From Macrostomum lignano (lineage: Eukaryota), in NCBI GenBank assembly GCA_002269645.1, contig NIVC01000282.1:62001-126000 (forward strand): a stretch of 64,000 bases of DNA, given 5' to 3'. Shown here piece by piece: positions 26,401-38,729 of this stretch (positions are counted from its first letter, which is position 1; the number at the start of each line of letters is the position of its first letter). The notes under the pieces were generated by a model that had not been told where the DNA came from, ran no database searches, and saw nothing but the letters and a program-made list of their open reading frames with translations. The position numbers and the translations under genes are program-made.

Positions 26401-29400
26401 AGCGGTCCCTTTTTCAAACCGGCTGGCTTGGGGTGTCGGCCAGTCAAATACTCAACTCGCGTAACGAGTAGCCCTACCCCGCTTTTCAGCTATGGCCACT
26501 AACGCCACCATCCCAAAAGAAACTGACCCGGTCGCCTTTGGCCCACCGGGATCAGCCGCTCCGGTAGCTACCACTGGTAGCACCAACGCCCAACCTGGTC
26601 CAACCGGGCCAGATGACGCTGCCGCCGAGCACCCTGGCCGCCAGTCTAGCCGACCGCGCACGGCCGAGTCCCGATGGCAGCGAAACATCCGCCGCAACCG
26701 TAAGCGGCAGGAGAAGCGGGCTGCTGCTGCGTCCGCGGAGGGCGGGCAAGCCGCGGTGAGGCCTTCGGGAGCCACCGCAGCGGGGAGGCCCTCTGGGGAG
26801 TCCGGCGGTGCGGCTGGGCCGTCAGGAACCGCCGTGTCCTCGGACTCTCAGGGGGACAACCCTGCCGGCCTACCGCTCTCCAAGGACAAAGCGGCCCCGC
26901 TCAAGACCTCCGAGTCCTACGTCTCCAAGGTCAAGCAGCCGCTGCAACCCGCCGTGATGATCCTCGGCGGGGACTTCGACCTGACGCCCGAGCAGCTCGA
27001 CGTCGCGTGGCGTACCATCGACGAGGGCTTGCTCAACCTAACCCTGGAGGGCGTCTTTGTGGACATCGTCAAGTCCACCAAGGCGAACGGGTGCATCCTA
27101 CTGTGGTGCAAATCCGAGGAAAGCACCTAGCTCCTGCGGGATCAGCTGCCCAAGTTCGACTGGCACGGCGACCTGGGCCAGCTGACCTTCGCCCTGGAGA
27201 GCGAGCGGCCGAAGACCATCCGCCATCGGATTTGGGTCCCGGCCGACAGTGCGATCAAGTCCGGGGAGCAGCTGCGGCAGCTCCTGCTCAAGCGGCACCC
27301 GGATCTCGACGCCAGTGGTCCTGTGTACCACAGCACGGTCCTCAAGGGCACGACCGGGGCCACCGTCATCCTCGGCCTGACGGAGGGATGGTCCAAGCTG
27401 CTACCGCACGGCACAAACCTCCACCTTGGTCTCCACCAACTGACCATCCTCCGCTGTGAGGAGGGCAAGGTGGAGACCAAGAACGACGGGAAGCGCGCCG
27501 CTCCCGGAGCTGGCGCTTAGGCTCCGCCGGCCAAACAGCAGCAGCAACCCGATCCCGAGCCTAACAAGGCTATTCGCGCTGCTGAGTCCGCCTCGCGTGG
27601 ACGTAGACCCGCCCGCAGTAACCGACAGTCCGGGCTAATCCAGCGCGCACTTGACGAAGCTCAGTCTCTGAGACTTCACCTCGAGCAGACTCGTGCCGCT
27701 CGCAAAAACACTGAAAGCCAGCCGAGGGAAATGGACGACGGCATGGCTCAGCCTTCCAACTGGTGGGATTACCACTAGGACGCTGCCGGCCGAGCTCAGA
27801 CTCCCGACGGCGGGGCGCAAGGCGAAGGCAGCAGCCGTACCCCAGTCGCTGGGGAGGAGGGCGGTGTAGCGCGGCTAGGTGACTCACCTGCCGTGGGCGC
27901 CGTGTCCGTCTCCGCGGCGGCTGGGGAGGCGGCTGAGCCTGAGCCAATGGAAATTGGCGACTCAACTCTCACCGATGAGGCTGAGAATGAGTTGCTTTTC
28001 TCCTCCCCTGGACAGTAGACATGACCGTCTCCCAGGGCATCCACTGCTTGCAGGTCAACCTGCAGCACAGCATTGCTGCTTCGGTCAACCTCTTGAAGCA
28101 CACTGACCAATACGCACCAGGGATTATCCTTATCCAGGAACCTTGGATGCTAAGGGGCAGCCCCCAACATGTCCCCACCGGCTACCAGTGTTTAACCGCT
28201 GGCAACCGGGAGGGAAACCTGGCACCAAGATCTTGCATCATGGTGTCTAGCTCTATTAACGCATGGCTCAGATCGGACCTGTCTACCAGGGACATCTGTG
28301 TCATCCAGTCTGAAGACATACTCCCTAGGAGGACTACTCTCATCGCCTCGGTCTACCTCACCGGGCGACGGCGAGATGATCCCAGGAGAGCTTTTCACAC
28401 TGGTCGAGCTCTGCTCCACCAGGAATTATGAGCTGCTTGTGGCAGGTGATATCAACGCCCACCACACCCACTGGGGCAGTTCTGATATTAACCAGAGAGG
28501 TGAAGAATTCCTGGCTTATATCACTACTACAACCCTTGAGTTCTGTAACTCGGGTAGTACCCCTACCTTCAATAACGGACGCCGATCGGAGGTGCTGGAT
28601 GCCACCCTCGCCACGCCCAGGCTCTTTCAGAGCACTAGGGAGTGGCGGGTGCTTCCTGAGGCGTCCCTCTCCGATCACAAGTTCATCTACTTCACGCTGG
28701 CCAGCGCCCGAAACGCAGGCCAGCTTTACTGGAAACGGAATGCTAGGAATACCGACTGGACCGCCTTCAGGCTTGCCCTGGAGGAAGCAGATGAATTTGC
28801 GGCCGCACTTACGGACTCGCTCACTGCTGCCTTCGAAGCCTCATGCCCACTAAAGGCATATAAAGGCAAACAGTCGGCCCCATGGTGGAACCCGCAGCTT
28901 GGCGACCTCCGTCGCAGAGCCAAAAGGCTTCACCGTAGGGCCCAAAAAAACTAAAAACCCGGCCGACCAAACCGCCTACCTGAACTCTATCCACGAGTTC
29001 AAGAGGCAGGTTAGGAACGCCAAAACCAACAAGTGGCGCGAATACTGTGAGGAACTTGAGGGCTCCCGCCCCACCTACAGAATCGTTAAAGCCCTCACCC
29101 TGGACAAAATGTCCAAACTCTCCTCAGTCAAGAGAGCCGACAGCTCGCTCACTGAGAACCCAGGAGAAACACTGGAAGCGATGCTAACAGCGTTTTTCCC
29201 GAACGAGCCAGCCAGGCCCGACCCCCCTGATCACTCAGTGGGCGGTCACGTACTGGCTGACTCAATCATCACGGAGGACCGCGTTACTAAAGCAGTCTCC
29301 TCCTTCAAACCCTTCAAATCCCCAGGATCGGACGGCGTTGTGCCAGCCTTCCTGCGAGAGGCGGTGAAATGCACCGGTTTCCTGCGGAACCTTTGCCGGC

Positions 29401-32400
29401 TTCTGAAAGCTTGCATTGCTCTCGGCTTTGTTCTGAAACCCTGGACCGAGGCTAAGGTGGTTTTTATCCCCAAGCCCGGCCGTCACTGGAACAGGTCATG
29501 GTTGCTTTGCCAGGCACTGTTTCCTCCGAAGTGCCCGCCGGAGCGAACTCTGCCCTTTCTGCAACCTCGAGAACGAAGACGCCAAGCACTTCGTCTGCTA
29601 CTGCCCGGCCTTCAACCGAGACCGGCTCAACCACCTCGGGCCCAACCCGTCCCTGGACGACGTTTGCCGGCCGAGAACATCCCACGGCTCATCCGGTTCC
29701 TCCGGGCCACCAAGCGAGCCTCCGTCTTCCCCACCGAAGACAACGCTGCAGACAGGACCGGCAGACCTCCCTGACCGGCCCCGCGCCCTAGCCTATGCGG
29801 GTCTTTCAGGGATTAGCGGAATGGGCGACGCTCGCCTCCCCGCTGCGTCTTCGGACCGCCCTGCAGCTAAGTCAAGTAAGTCAAGTCTGGGAGTCCAGCA
29901 CCCAGGACACGATGGAGGCACATTACGAGTTCTGCATTCACCGGCTATCGACGAAAATTGCAGAGACTGCGGACACTGCGGTCAGCCTGAACGACCTACG
30001 CACCGGCTGGCAGGTAGGCTTCCAGTGGGCGGCTAAAGACGCGGGCAGGCGTTTCAACAGCTCGTCCGGGACGCTGCGCTCTAGACTGAGTCTACTCCGC
30101 ATCGACCTGAGGTACCGGATCTGAACGACAATACCGGTAAGTCAATCGGTTCTTTTGCCAATTTTTAAGAGTCGAATGCCCTAACGGGGAGGATTGATGT
30201 GACTCTGGTTACTGAACTTATTCCGGCTACGGAGGGATTGCAACTGGAAGACAGGAACAACGTCCAGATTGACCCAGCCGATTTCAAATCCCCAGAGCAC
30301 CTGGCCACCAGCCACGCTCCACCTAGATAAAACTCTTCTGGTTGGTGCAGTTTCAACGAAGAGCCGAGCATGCTCAGTCAGGTCGAAAGGATAAACGGTA
30401 CCTCTGCGGTCCGGACGCTTCTCGAAGTGCAGAGCACTTAATAGCAGAGTCCAGCTGCCTGTGCTCAGGATTCGGACACGGGGGTGGTCTGCGACCAGAC
30501 ATCCCCACCTGTGAACCGAACTAGACACAGCTCAGCTGACCAGGGTAGTACCACCTCACCACCTCAGTTCGTTACACCTTAAGAGCAAGACGCTTAAGTG
30601 CAGGGTCGAGTTGCCTGTGCCCAGGAGCTCGACACGGGAGTGGTCTGTGCTCAGACACCTCCACCCGCAGCTGTAGTGGTTGGCGCTGGATGCCACAACT
30701 CGCCACAGCAGACTCCCACTGTCAACGTCCACGGGGGACTCAAAAAGGACTGGAGACTCTCCATCACCGAGAAGCAGACTATAGTAATCGGTGACGAGAA
30801 GCTGGCGCGACCTGGGATCGAACAGCTTGACTTCCAGTTTGAAATCTTCCCGAACCTTAGGGCAGAAAATTTGGTCAAAATGTTACGTGAACAGGTAGCA
30901 TCACCGAGTTCGAAGATCAAGGACGTTATTCTATTCCCTATCTATCTATCTATCTATCTGTCGATTCCTCTGTGTCAGACTAAAATAATTAAGTCCATAC
31001 AATAATTTTGTACACCGATCACTCTGAGCACATACTTGCCACACACTACGTACACTACCAAAACAGTCCATCAAAATCCGCAGCAATATTAGCACAAGCT
31101 ATTAAAGCCAATGCACTCACCCGGCTCTGGTACAATCAGGCCGCCCCAACCTCTTGCAGGCTTTTTATTCTGACTGGACGGCCGCTGCGCCTCAGTTAGA
31201 AATGCCTCATTAGTGCGGCTCAGGTAGAGGCACCACATGCGGAACAGGCCGGAGCGGAACTGAGAAGCCGGAGCAGCGCCCAGCTGAATAAGTGCGTCCG
31301 CCTGGCTGCTCAGGATCACCTGGGTTTTTAACCAATTTAAGCCATTTAAATCCTGTGATTAAAGTACATAAGGCTACCTGAGATAACCCCGATGAGGCTA
31401 CCTGAGATAATCCCAATGAGGCTACCTGAGATAATCCCGATGAGGCTACCTGAGATAATCCCGATGAGGCTACCTGAGATAATCCCGATGAGGCTACCTG
31501 AGATAATCCCGATGAGGCTACCTGAGATAATTCCGATGAGGCTACCTGAGATAACCCCGATGAGGCTACCTGAGATAATCCCGATGAGGCTACCTGAGAT
31601 AACCCCAATGAGGCTACCTGAGATAATCCCGATGAGGCTACCTGAGATAATCCCGATGAGGCTACCTGAGATAATCCCGATGAGGCTACCTGAGATAATC
31701 CCGATGAGGCTACCTGAGATAATCCCGATGAGGCTACCTGAGATAATCCCGATGAGGCTACCTGAGATAATCCCGATGAGGCTACCTGAGATAATCCCGA
31801 TGAGGCTACCTGAGATAATCCCGATGAGGCTACCTGAGATAATCCCGATGAGGCTACCTGAGATAATCCCGATGAGGCTACCTGAGATAATCCCGATGAG
31901 GCTACCTGAGATAATCCCGATGAGGCTACCTGAGATAATCCCGATGAGGCTACCTGAGATAATCCCGATGAGGCTACCTGAGATAATCCCGATGAGGCTA
32001 CCTGAGATAATCCCGATGAGGCTACCTGAGATAATCCCGATGAGGCTACCTGAGATAATCCCGATGAGGCTACCTGAGATAATCCCGATGAGGCTACCTG
32101 AGATAACCCCGATGAGGCTACCTGAGATAATCCCGATGAGGCTACCTGAGATAATCCCAATGAGGCTACCTGAGATAATTCCGATGAGGCTACCTGAGAT
32201 AATCCCGATGAGGCTACCTGAGATAATCCCGATGAGGCTACCTGAGATAATCCCGATGAGGCTACCTGAGATAATCCCGATGAGGCTACCTGAGATAATC
32301 CCGATGAGGCTACGTGAGGCAGTTTGAGTTACAGAGAATCCCAATAAGATGATCCCAATCTCCAAGCCAGCTCCAAGCCGCAAAGCCAGTAGCTACCGTC

Positions 32401-32891
32401 CCTACCTGGTACAGCTCCGACAAGGTGTAACTGCACAATTCCTCTCGTTTCCGCTTCCTACTGAGTCGCGAGGGCGGGGGAGCAACGTCAGGGGCTGTCG
32501 GATCGTCTCGGAGATGCTCGTCTTGAGCGGTTGCAGCTGCCGATTGGCCGAGTTGAAACAGCGGTTGCGAGTGAGACGGATGAAGGGGATGCTGAGGCTG
32601 CTGCTGCTGCAGAGGCGCCAGCGGCTGGGATGCCGAGTAGCGGACATTAGCGGCTGAGGCCACAGCTTTGAGCCGGGCGCCGGACACGAGTGCGGACACC
32701 AGCGATTGCGAGAACGTCTCCAACCGTTGGCTGGAGTCGGCTAGCACGGCGCCGCAGGCGGTGCAAACCAGGCTGTCGCCGGCTTTGCTGACATCCTCGC
32801 TGCCGCAGGTCTGGCAGAATGGACGATGCTGCGACTGCTGAAATGTTGCTACAGGAAATGAAATGAAATGCTCCAATATTGCTACAGACAT
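20428..32891 (-). CDS. TAF1B: RNA polymerase I SL1 subunit TAF1B/Rrn7-like
   Basis: Exons 32891(or 32837)-32406, 31319-31121, 24618-24480, 23407-22931, 22574-21896, 21087-20428; phases 0,1,2,2,0 are consistent. N-terminal zinc ribbon CQTC..CTAC; ILSSQADALIQLG..W..YL and LALLYITC..LSHLLHLVAVGQVPYFDA resemble TAF1B segments. Confidence 0.8.
21205..21540. repeat. CT-rich low-complexity tract
   Basis: Direct reading. Confidence 0.9.
21615..21872 (+). mobile_element. SINE family B, copy 2 (TAF1B intron)
   Basis: High similarity to 12591-12888. Confidence 0.8.
22665..22885. repeat. 40-bp tandem (TAF1B intron 4)
   Basis: cacagtgacctgtgagactcaaaacagctactcatggatt repeated. Confidence 0.93.
23540..24310. 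repeat. about 23-bp tandem tgattctctgtgtgattattgaa (TAF1B intron 3)
   Basis: Direct reading. Confidence 0.93.
25402..25440 (+). ncRNA. minimal type I hammerhead ribozyme motif
   Basis: gacc|ctgacga|a|ggcca-cgatt-tggcc|gaa|aatt|t|ggtc: stem I gacc/ggtc, CUGANGA and GAAA cores, 5-bp stem II, palindromic 4-nt stem III. Confidence 0.7.
26022..29886 (+). mobile_element. R1/LOA-like non-LTR retrotransposon, internally deleted and decayed
   Basis: 13-bp TSD ctgggagtccagc at 26009-26021 and 29887-29899. ORF1 from 26492 with an internal stop at 27128; ORF2 APE domain (QVNLQH, IQEPW, GDINAHHTHWGS, SDH) with frameshifts. RT breaks off after IPKPG and joins the C-terminal TGH..CPFC..H..C zinc finger. 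(aagtc)-type tail. Confidence 0.88.
31370..32315. repeat. 24-bp tandem cccgatgaggctacctgagataat (TAF1B intron 1)
   Basis: Direct reading. Confidence 0.97.
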
Positions 32892-33019
32892 ACTTTACAT
32901 GCGCAACGAAGGGCCAAGCAAAATTCGAAAAATTCCCCCCTAAATAGACGCAAAACTAAATAGATGATGAGGCATTTAGCCTTAATATTACAGTTTTAGT
33001 TACCCCTGCCGTCTACCCA

Positions 33020-33670
33020 ACAGACCCACCTGGGAGTACACAGACTCATCTGGGAGTACGCAGACCCACCTGGGAGTACGCAGACCCACCTGGGAGTACA
33101 CAGACCCACCTGGGAGTACACAAACTCACCTGGGAGTAGAGAAACATCACATGGGAGTGGAGGAACATCACATGGGAGTAGATGAACATCACATGGGAGT
33201 AGATGAACATCACATGGGAGTAGAGGAACATCACATGGGAGTAGAGGAACATCACATGGGAGTAGAGGAACATCACATGGGAGTAGAGGAACATCACATG
33301 GGAGTAGAGGAACATCACATGGGAGTAGAGGAACATCACATGGGAGTAGAGGAACATCACATGGGAGTAGAGGAACATCACATGGGAGTAGAGGAACATC
33401 ACATGGGAGTAGAGGAACATCACATGGGAGTAGAGGAACATCACATGGGAGTAGAGGAACATCACATGGGAGTAGAGGAACATCACATGGGAGTAGAGGA
33501 ACATCACATGGGAGTAGAGGAACATCACATGGGAGTAGAGGAACATCACATGGGAGTAGAGGAACATCACATGGGAGTAGAGGAACATCACATGGGAGTA
33601 GAGGAACATCACATGGGAGTAGAGGAACATCACATGGGAGTACACAGACCCACCTGGGAGTGGAGGAACA
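33020..33670. repeat. 20/21-bp tandems (acagacccacctgggagtac; catcacatgggagtagaggaa)
   Basis: Direct reading. Confidence 0.95.
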
Positions 33671-34582
33671 TGTATATATCAGAGATATATTCTTCTCTTT
33701 ATATGTACAGAGGCAGAAAGAAATGAAAAGGGGATTAAACTACTTTTTGAAATGAGTAGAAATAGTAAAAAAACAAGTTTTGAACTTTGGTTTGGATCGC
33801 AGTGAAGTATGTACATGTCCATAAATATGATATTGTAGAGCTGTTATAATTTTTTATCCTATTATAAGAAAAACGATAAATATAGAAAGTTAAAATACAC
33901 TACATTTTCTACACTAGCCATTACCACTAGAAATTACATGTAGTATCAATACAAAAAAGAGAAATAACACTGATTTAGTACAATGATAAAATCTGATAGC
34001 TAAAAGTCTGTTTAGTTTTTTTATTGTAAAAAAATATGGATCTATTGGCTTTCAATCAACGAATCTATTAACAAAAGCAAACTACAGAGGAAAAGCAGTC
34101 AGATTTTAACAAATAGTCTCTTTAAAGTGATTAAAAATGCAAGATGTAAACAATCAAAATAACCAGATCTTATTCTTATAACCAGAATTGCAATAAAGGT
34201 AACAAGTTAGAAAGCCGCAGTTTCTAAGTAAAAAAATATATTTTTATTGTGTCAGTAAAATAGAGTGGTTGTATTGCAAGTCTTATCAGAAAAAGAAATC
34301 CATAAAATATCTAAAATAAACACACAATTCTAAGATAACAATCAGAATTAGCGATTATCATGTGTGAAAAATTTAGCAATAAATCTATAGGTGAGACATG
34401 AAAAAAATCTGTGAAAACTGAAAATCTCCCTTACTTGCAGGTACATGGGTGTGTGTTAAAAAGCAGACATCTGCTAAAAAGTTCAAAATCAAATGAGATA
34501 TCAACTCAAATCTGGCAATTCAAAGAATTCTTGAAATCCATAAAATCCATATAATAGTGAAATTTTCGATACCGGGGTGGGG

Positions 34583-34945
34583 GGGGGCGTAGCCCAGTGG
34601 TCTAAACATCAGAAATTTCCCAGCGTCCCAGGCTCGATTCCAAGTGCAGTCACATTAATTTGGGTCTAAATTGGAATCTCGGCTTGGCTCTGCTCGTGCA
34701 ATTAACACCCTAGAGAGCCAAGGCACAGTGAAGTAAGTGTACATGCCTAACGATAAAATTCAGGGGCTGCTGTACACTCCTGTGTGAGTGTGTGCCTGTG
34801 CGTATGACTGCGTACGTATCCGCGCGCTTGTGTGCCTGCTCAGGGGAGTCGGCAGAATAGCCGGCAGCAATGCCTCTCGCCGGTTGTGTGACAATGTCGC
34901 TTAAAGTGCGCCAGGGTGCACACAGCCCTCTGCCTCTAATAAAAC
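34583..34945 (+). mobile_element. SINE family A, copy 5
   Basis: A/B boxes plus full body and aataaaa tail. Confidence 0.8.
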
Positions 34946-35031
34946 AGTTACAGGGATAGACTTCTACAGAAATTCACAGCCACAGCACACTGCAAAATGA
35001 GTATTATATTCAAACAATATTATTATAATGG

Positions 35032-38000
35032 TTAAGTAATGTACGCCACTAGGCTAGCCAACACGACACCGTGACAGCGGAGACAGGCCCCTGACAGCTC
35101 TAAGCAGCGCTCGCACGAGACAAAATGTGCGCACGGAAGCGACACTCGATTCCGAGTTCTCATCCGGCATCGAGAGCATTTTTCATCGTCGACATTGGTG
35201 TCGTCAGTTGCATCTGGGCCGGATGGCGCCGCGGCAGCTGCGGCAGCGGTAGCAACAATAGCAGCACCAGAGCCCATTGGTGTAACTGACACAACTGACT
35301 GTTGAACCAGCTGATTACTACTAATAGGAGGCTGATCAACTAAAGCCAAATCTATTAAACCGAGAATGTCGAACTCGCTATAGTAGTAAAATTGTTCCAT
35401 ATTTTGAGCCAAGGCTATGATATCGCCAGCTCGGAGACTGGGCAAAGCGCCATCACTGTCTGGGCCAATCAGTTTGATAGAGTAGAGGTGGCGGGCTATG
35501 CTCAAACAAAGAAGATTCGTCTGAAATTTGAATATTTTAAGCAGCTGCCTATTGGCGACTTTTACACAAACTTTTGCTCATAGACTTTTAGAAGTCGATC
35601 AGGCACCGGCACCATCGGCACCGGCACCGGCACCGGCACCGGCACCATCTCAGTGAGACTCTCTGCTTCGGTCATTAACCAGCTGAGTCACTCTCTGCCT
35701 CGGTCATTAACCAGCTGAGTCACTCTCTGCCTCGGTCATTAACCAGCTGAGTCACTCTCTGCCTCGGTCATTAACCAGCTGAGTCACTCTCTGCCTCGGT
35801 CATTAACCAGCTGAGTCACTCTCTGCCTCGGTCATTAACCAGCTGAATCACTCTCTGCCTCGGTCATTAACCATCAGTCAGACTCTCTGCATCGGTCATT
35901 AACCATCAGTCAGACTCTCTGCATCGGTCATTAACCATCAGTCAGACTCTCTTGCATCGGTCATTAACCATCAGTCAGACTCTGCATCGGTCATTAACCA
36001 GCTGAGTCACTCTCTGCCTCGGTCATTAACCAGCTGAGTCACTCTCTGCCTCGGTCATTAACCAGCTGAGTCACTCTCTGCCTCGGTCATTAACCAGCTG
36101 AGTCACTCTCTGCCTCGGTCATTAACCAGCTGAATCACTCTCTGCCTCGGTCATTAACCAGCTGAGTCACTCTCTGCCTCGGTCATTAACCATCAGTCAG
36201 ACTCTCTGCCTCGGTCATTAACCATCAGTCAGACTCTCTGCATCGGTCATTAACCATCAGTCAGACTCTCTGCATCGGTCATTAACCAGCTGAGTCAGAC
36301 TCTCTGCATCGGTCATTAACCAGCTGAGTCACTCTCTGCATCGGTCATTAACCATCAGTCAGACTCTCTGCATCGGTCATTAACCATCAGTCAGACTCTC
36401 TGCATCGGTCATTAACCATCAGTCAGACTCTCTGCATCGGTCATTAACCATCAGTCAGACTCTCTGCATCGGTCATTAACCATCAGTCAGACTCTCTGCA
36501 TCCGTCATTAACCAGCTGAGTCAGACTCTCTGCATCGGTCATTAACCATCAGTCAGACTCTCTGCATCGGTCATTAACCATCAGAGTCAGACTCTGCATC
36601 CGTCATTAACCACAGAGTCAGACTCTGTTTTAATGCCGCTCACAGCTCACCGAGTAGCCATAGCTGGAAGCCAGCTGCACGGGCAAGAGTTCCAAAGCCA
36701 ATCTCAATTTTCTCATGTCGCCAGCTATCCGTCTGGCTTGAGCAGCAATTCCAGCTGGATCAGCAACTTGTATACTCAGTAGACTCACTACAGAACAATG
36801 AGTACCCTTGGACAATGCTGATTCTGTATGCAACCGCAGCACAGCTTCATAGTCGGCATCAAACCACGGCTGTATCTGACAGATGCAGCTGCAAAAACAG
36901 CATCGTACAGTTCCGATACCGCTAGACGAGTCCATAGCAACCAGATAGAAACCATTAGCCGACCAAACATCGATAACAGATTGATTTTCTGCGCCTGTAT
37001 CAGGCAAAGCTGACACAAATGTGGCTCGGCGATTGGTGAACAAAAGCCGATTGAGCTCGGTGGGAGCGATGAGCAGCCAAAGAAGATGGCCTGAGATGAG
37101 AGGATTGAGGAGTTCGAGTTTGAAAAGCAGATATTGTTTTATATTTCTTTTAATGGAGTGATTTGTACTTTGTAGCTAGCTGGGGTGGATAGCTGGGGGT
37201 GGCTAGCTGGAGGTGGCTGGCTAGCTGGAGGTGGCTGGCTAGCTGGGGGGTGGCTACATGGGGTGGCTACATGGGGTGGCTAGCTGGGGGTGGCTACATG
37301 GGGTGGCTAGCTGGGGGTGGCTAGCTGGGGGGTGGCTAGCTGGGGGTGGCTACATGGGGTGGCTAGCTGGGGGGTGGCTGCATGGGGTGGCTAGCTGGGG
37401 GTGGCTAGATGGGGTGGCTAGCTAGGGGGTCGCTAGATGGGGTGGCTAGCTAGGGGGTGGCTAGATGGGGTGGCTAGCTAGGGGGTGGCTACATGGGGTG
37501 GCTAGCTGGGGGGTGGCTACATGGGGTGGCTAGCTGGGGGTGGCTAGCTGGGGGGTGGCTACATGGGGTGGCTAGCTGGGGGGTGGCTGCATGGGGTGGC
37601 TAGCTGGGGGTGGCTAGATGGGGTGGCTAGCTAGGGGGTCGCTAGATGGGGTGGCTAGCTAGGGGGTGGCTAGATGGGGTGGCTAGCTGGGGGGGTGGCT
37701 TGCTGGGGGTGGCTAGATGGGGGTGGCTAGATAGGGTGGCTAGCTAGGGGGTGGCTAGATGGGGCTGGCTAGCTGGGAGTGGCTAGCTGGGGGGTGGCTA
37801 GTTGGGGCTGGCTAGCTGGTAGTGGCTAGCTGGGGGGGGTGGCTAGTTGGGGCTGGCTAGCTGGGAGTGGCTAGCTCGGGGGGTGGCTAGTTGAGGCTGG
37901 CTAGCTGGGAGTGGCTAGCTGGGGGGGGGTGGCTAGTTGGGGCTGGCTAGCTGGGGGGGGTGGCTAGTTGGGGCTGGCTAGCTGAGAGTGGCTAGCTGAG

Positions 38001-38139
38001 AGGTACAATTTTATTCAACGTTGACCTCACCTGTCACATAAACCTGGGCGTGATCCACCGACGAGTTGTACCTTTGCAGTTTCTGTCCGAGGCAATGTCC
38101 GAACGTCCTTTCAAAAATTCTACTTAGCTGCTCGGTCAT
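35032..38139 (-). CDS. IAP-like protein: divergent BIR domain + C-terminal C3HC4 RING
   Basis: Exons 38139-38031, 37090-36651, 35520-35032 (phases 1,0; 345 aa). RRATF..ANGFY..VRCCFC..W..H..C BIR-like pattern; RING CSRC..LPCAHFVSCERC..CLRC at the extreme C-terminus. Confidence 0.7.
35660..36625. repeat. 32-bp tandem cggtcattaaccagctgagtcactctctgcct (IAP-like intron 2)
   Basis: Direct reading. Confidence 0.95.
37175..38000. repeat. G-rich 13-15-bp tandem ggctagctgggggt (IAP-like intron 1)
   Basis: Direct reading. Confidence 0.93.
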
Positions 38140-38729
38140 AACTACTTGACGCATATAAAATGAAGCAAGTTGCTAACTGACTGAGAGCGCACAACTTCGC
38201 GCGCATCAGTTAAGTTAGCTGCTTCATTATCTGAAATTTAGTGGAACAAAACCTGTGCAAGTGCAAAGTACTGTAAGTACATGCTCCTTTTCAGATACGG
38301 AGCCCTGAAAACGTCACTTGTTAGTATGAGAGTGTATCATCTGATCATTAGTACTTTAAACTATTATAACTGTCTTACATCAAAGTGTTAAGAACCCACG
38401 TTGAATGTACAGTTGGAGAGAGAGCTCTGATGCTGTACAGTACATGCTTGTCTACCCTGTCGGGATAGATTGGTATTGACATTGCGCGTTGGACTACGTA
38501 CATTCTGCATTACAAGATCTTTGCTTTCCTCTCGCTGCCGTACAAACATAAATAGTTCACTTATCTGTTTTAGTGCACAGATATGACCATTTTAAAGTCT
38601 GCGTGGGTAAAGAACATCGGCTAATACCTAACTAAGGGTACGGCAGTTAAAAAATCTGATAACAAAATTGACCTTGATTCAATATTATTTTGCTTTAAAT
38701 TAGTGATTTAGTATTTTAATTTTATAAAT

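Larger units (their letters stand above)
25045..30936 (+). mobile_element. Penelope-like retroelement fragment (pseudo-LTR with hammerhead, N-terminal ORF with SGNH-like segment), interrupted by a LINE
   Basis: RT-tail-like fragment 25045-25190, hammerhead motif 25402-25440, ORF from ATG 25581 (stop at codon 13) through 25812-26021, continuing in frame at 29900-30124, and an SGNH-like TIVIGD..FEIFPN..DVIL segment at 30780-30935. Both ends abut (ctat)n. Confidence 0.6.

Noticed and set aside
31210-32383. MRLPEIIP, SQVASSGL and GSLIGII repeat ORFs (likewise 5609-6460, 15316-17809, 33046-33726, 38745-39978, 57035-57635, 60659-61025)
   Set aside because: Stop-free minisatellite units; no coding signature beyond the periodicity.
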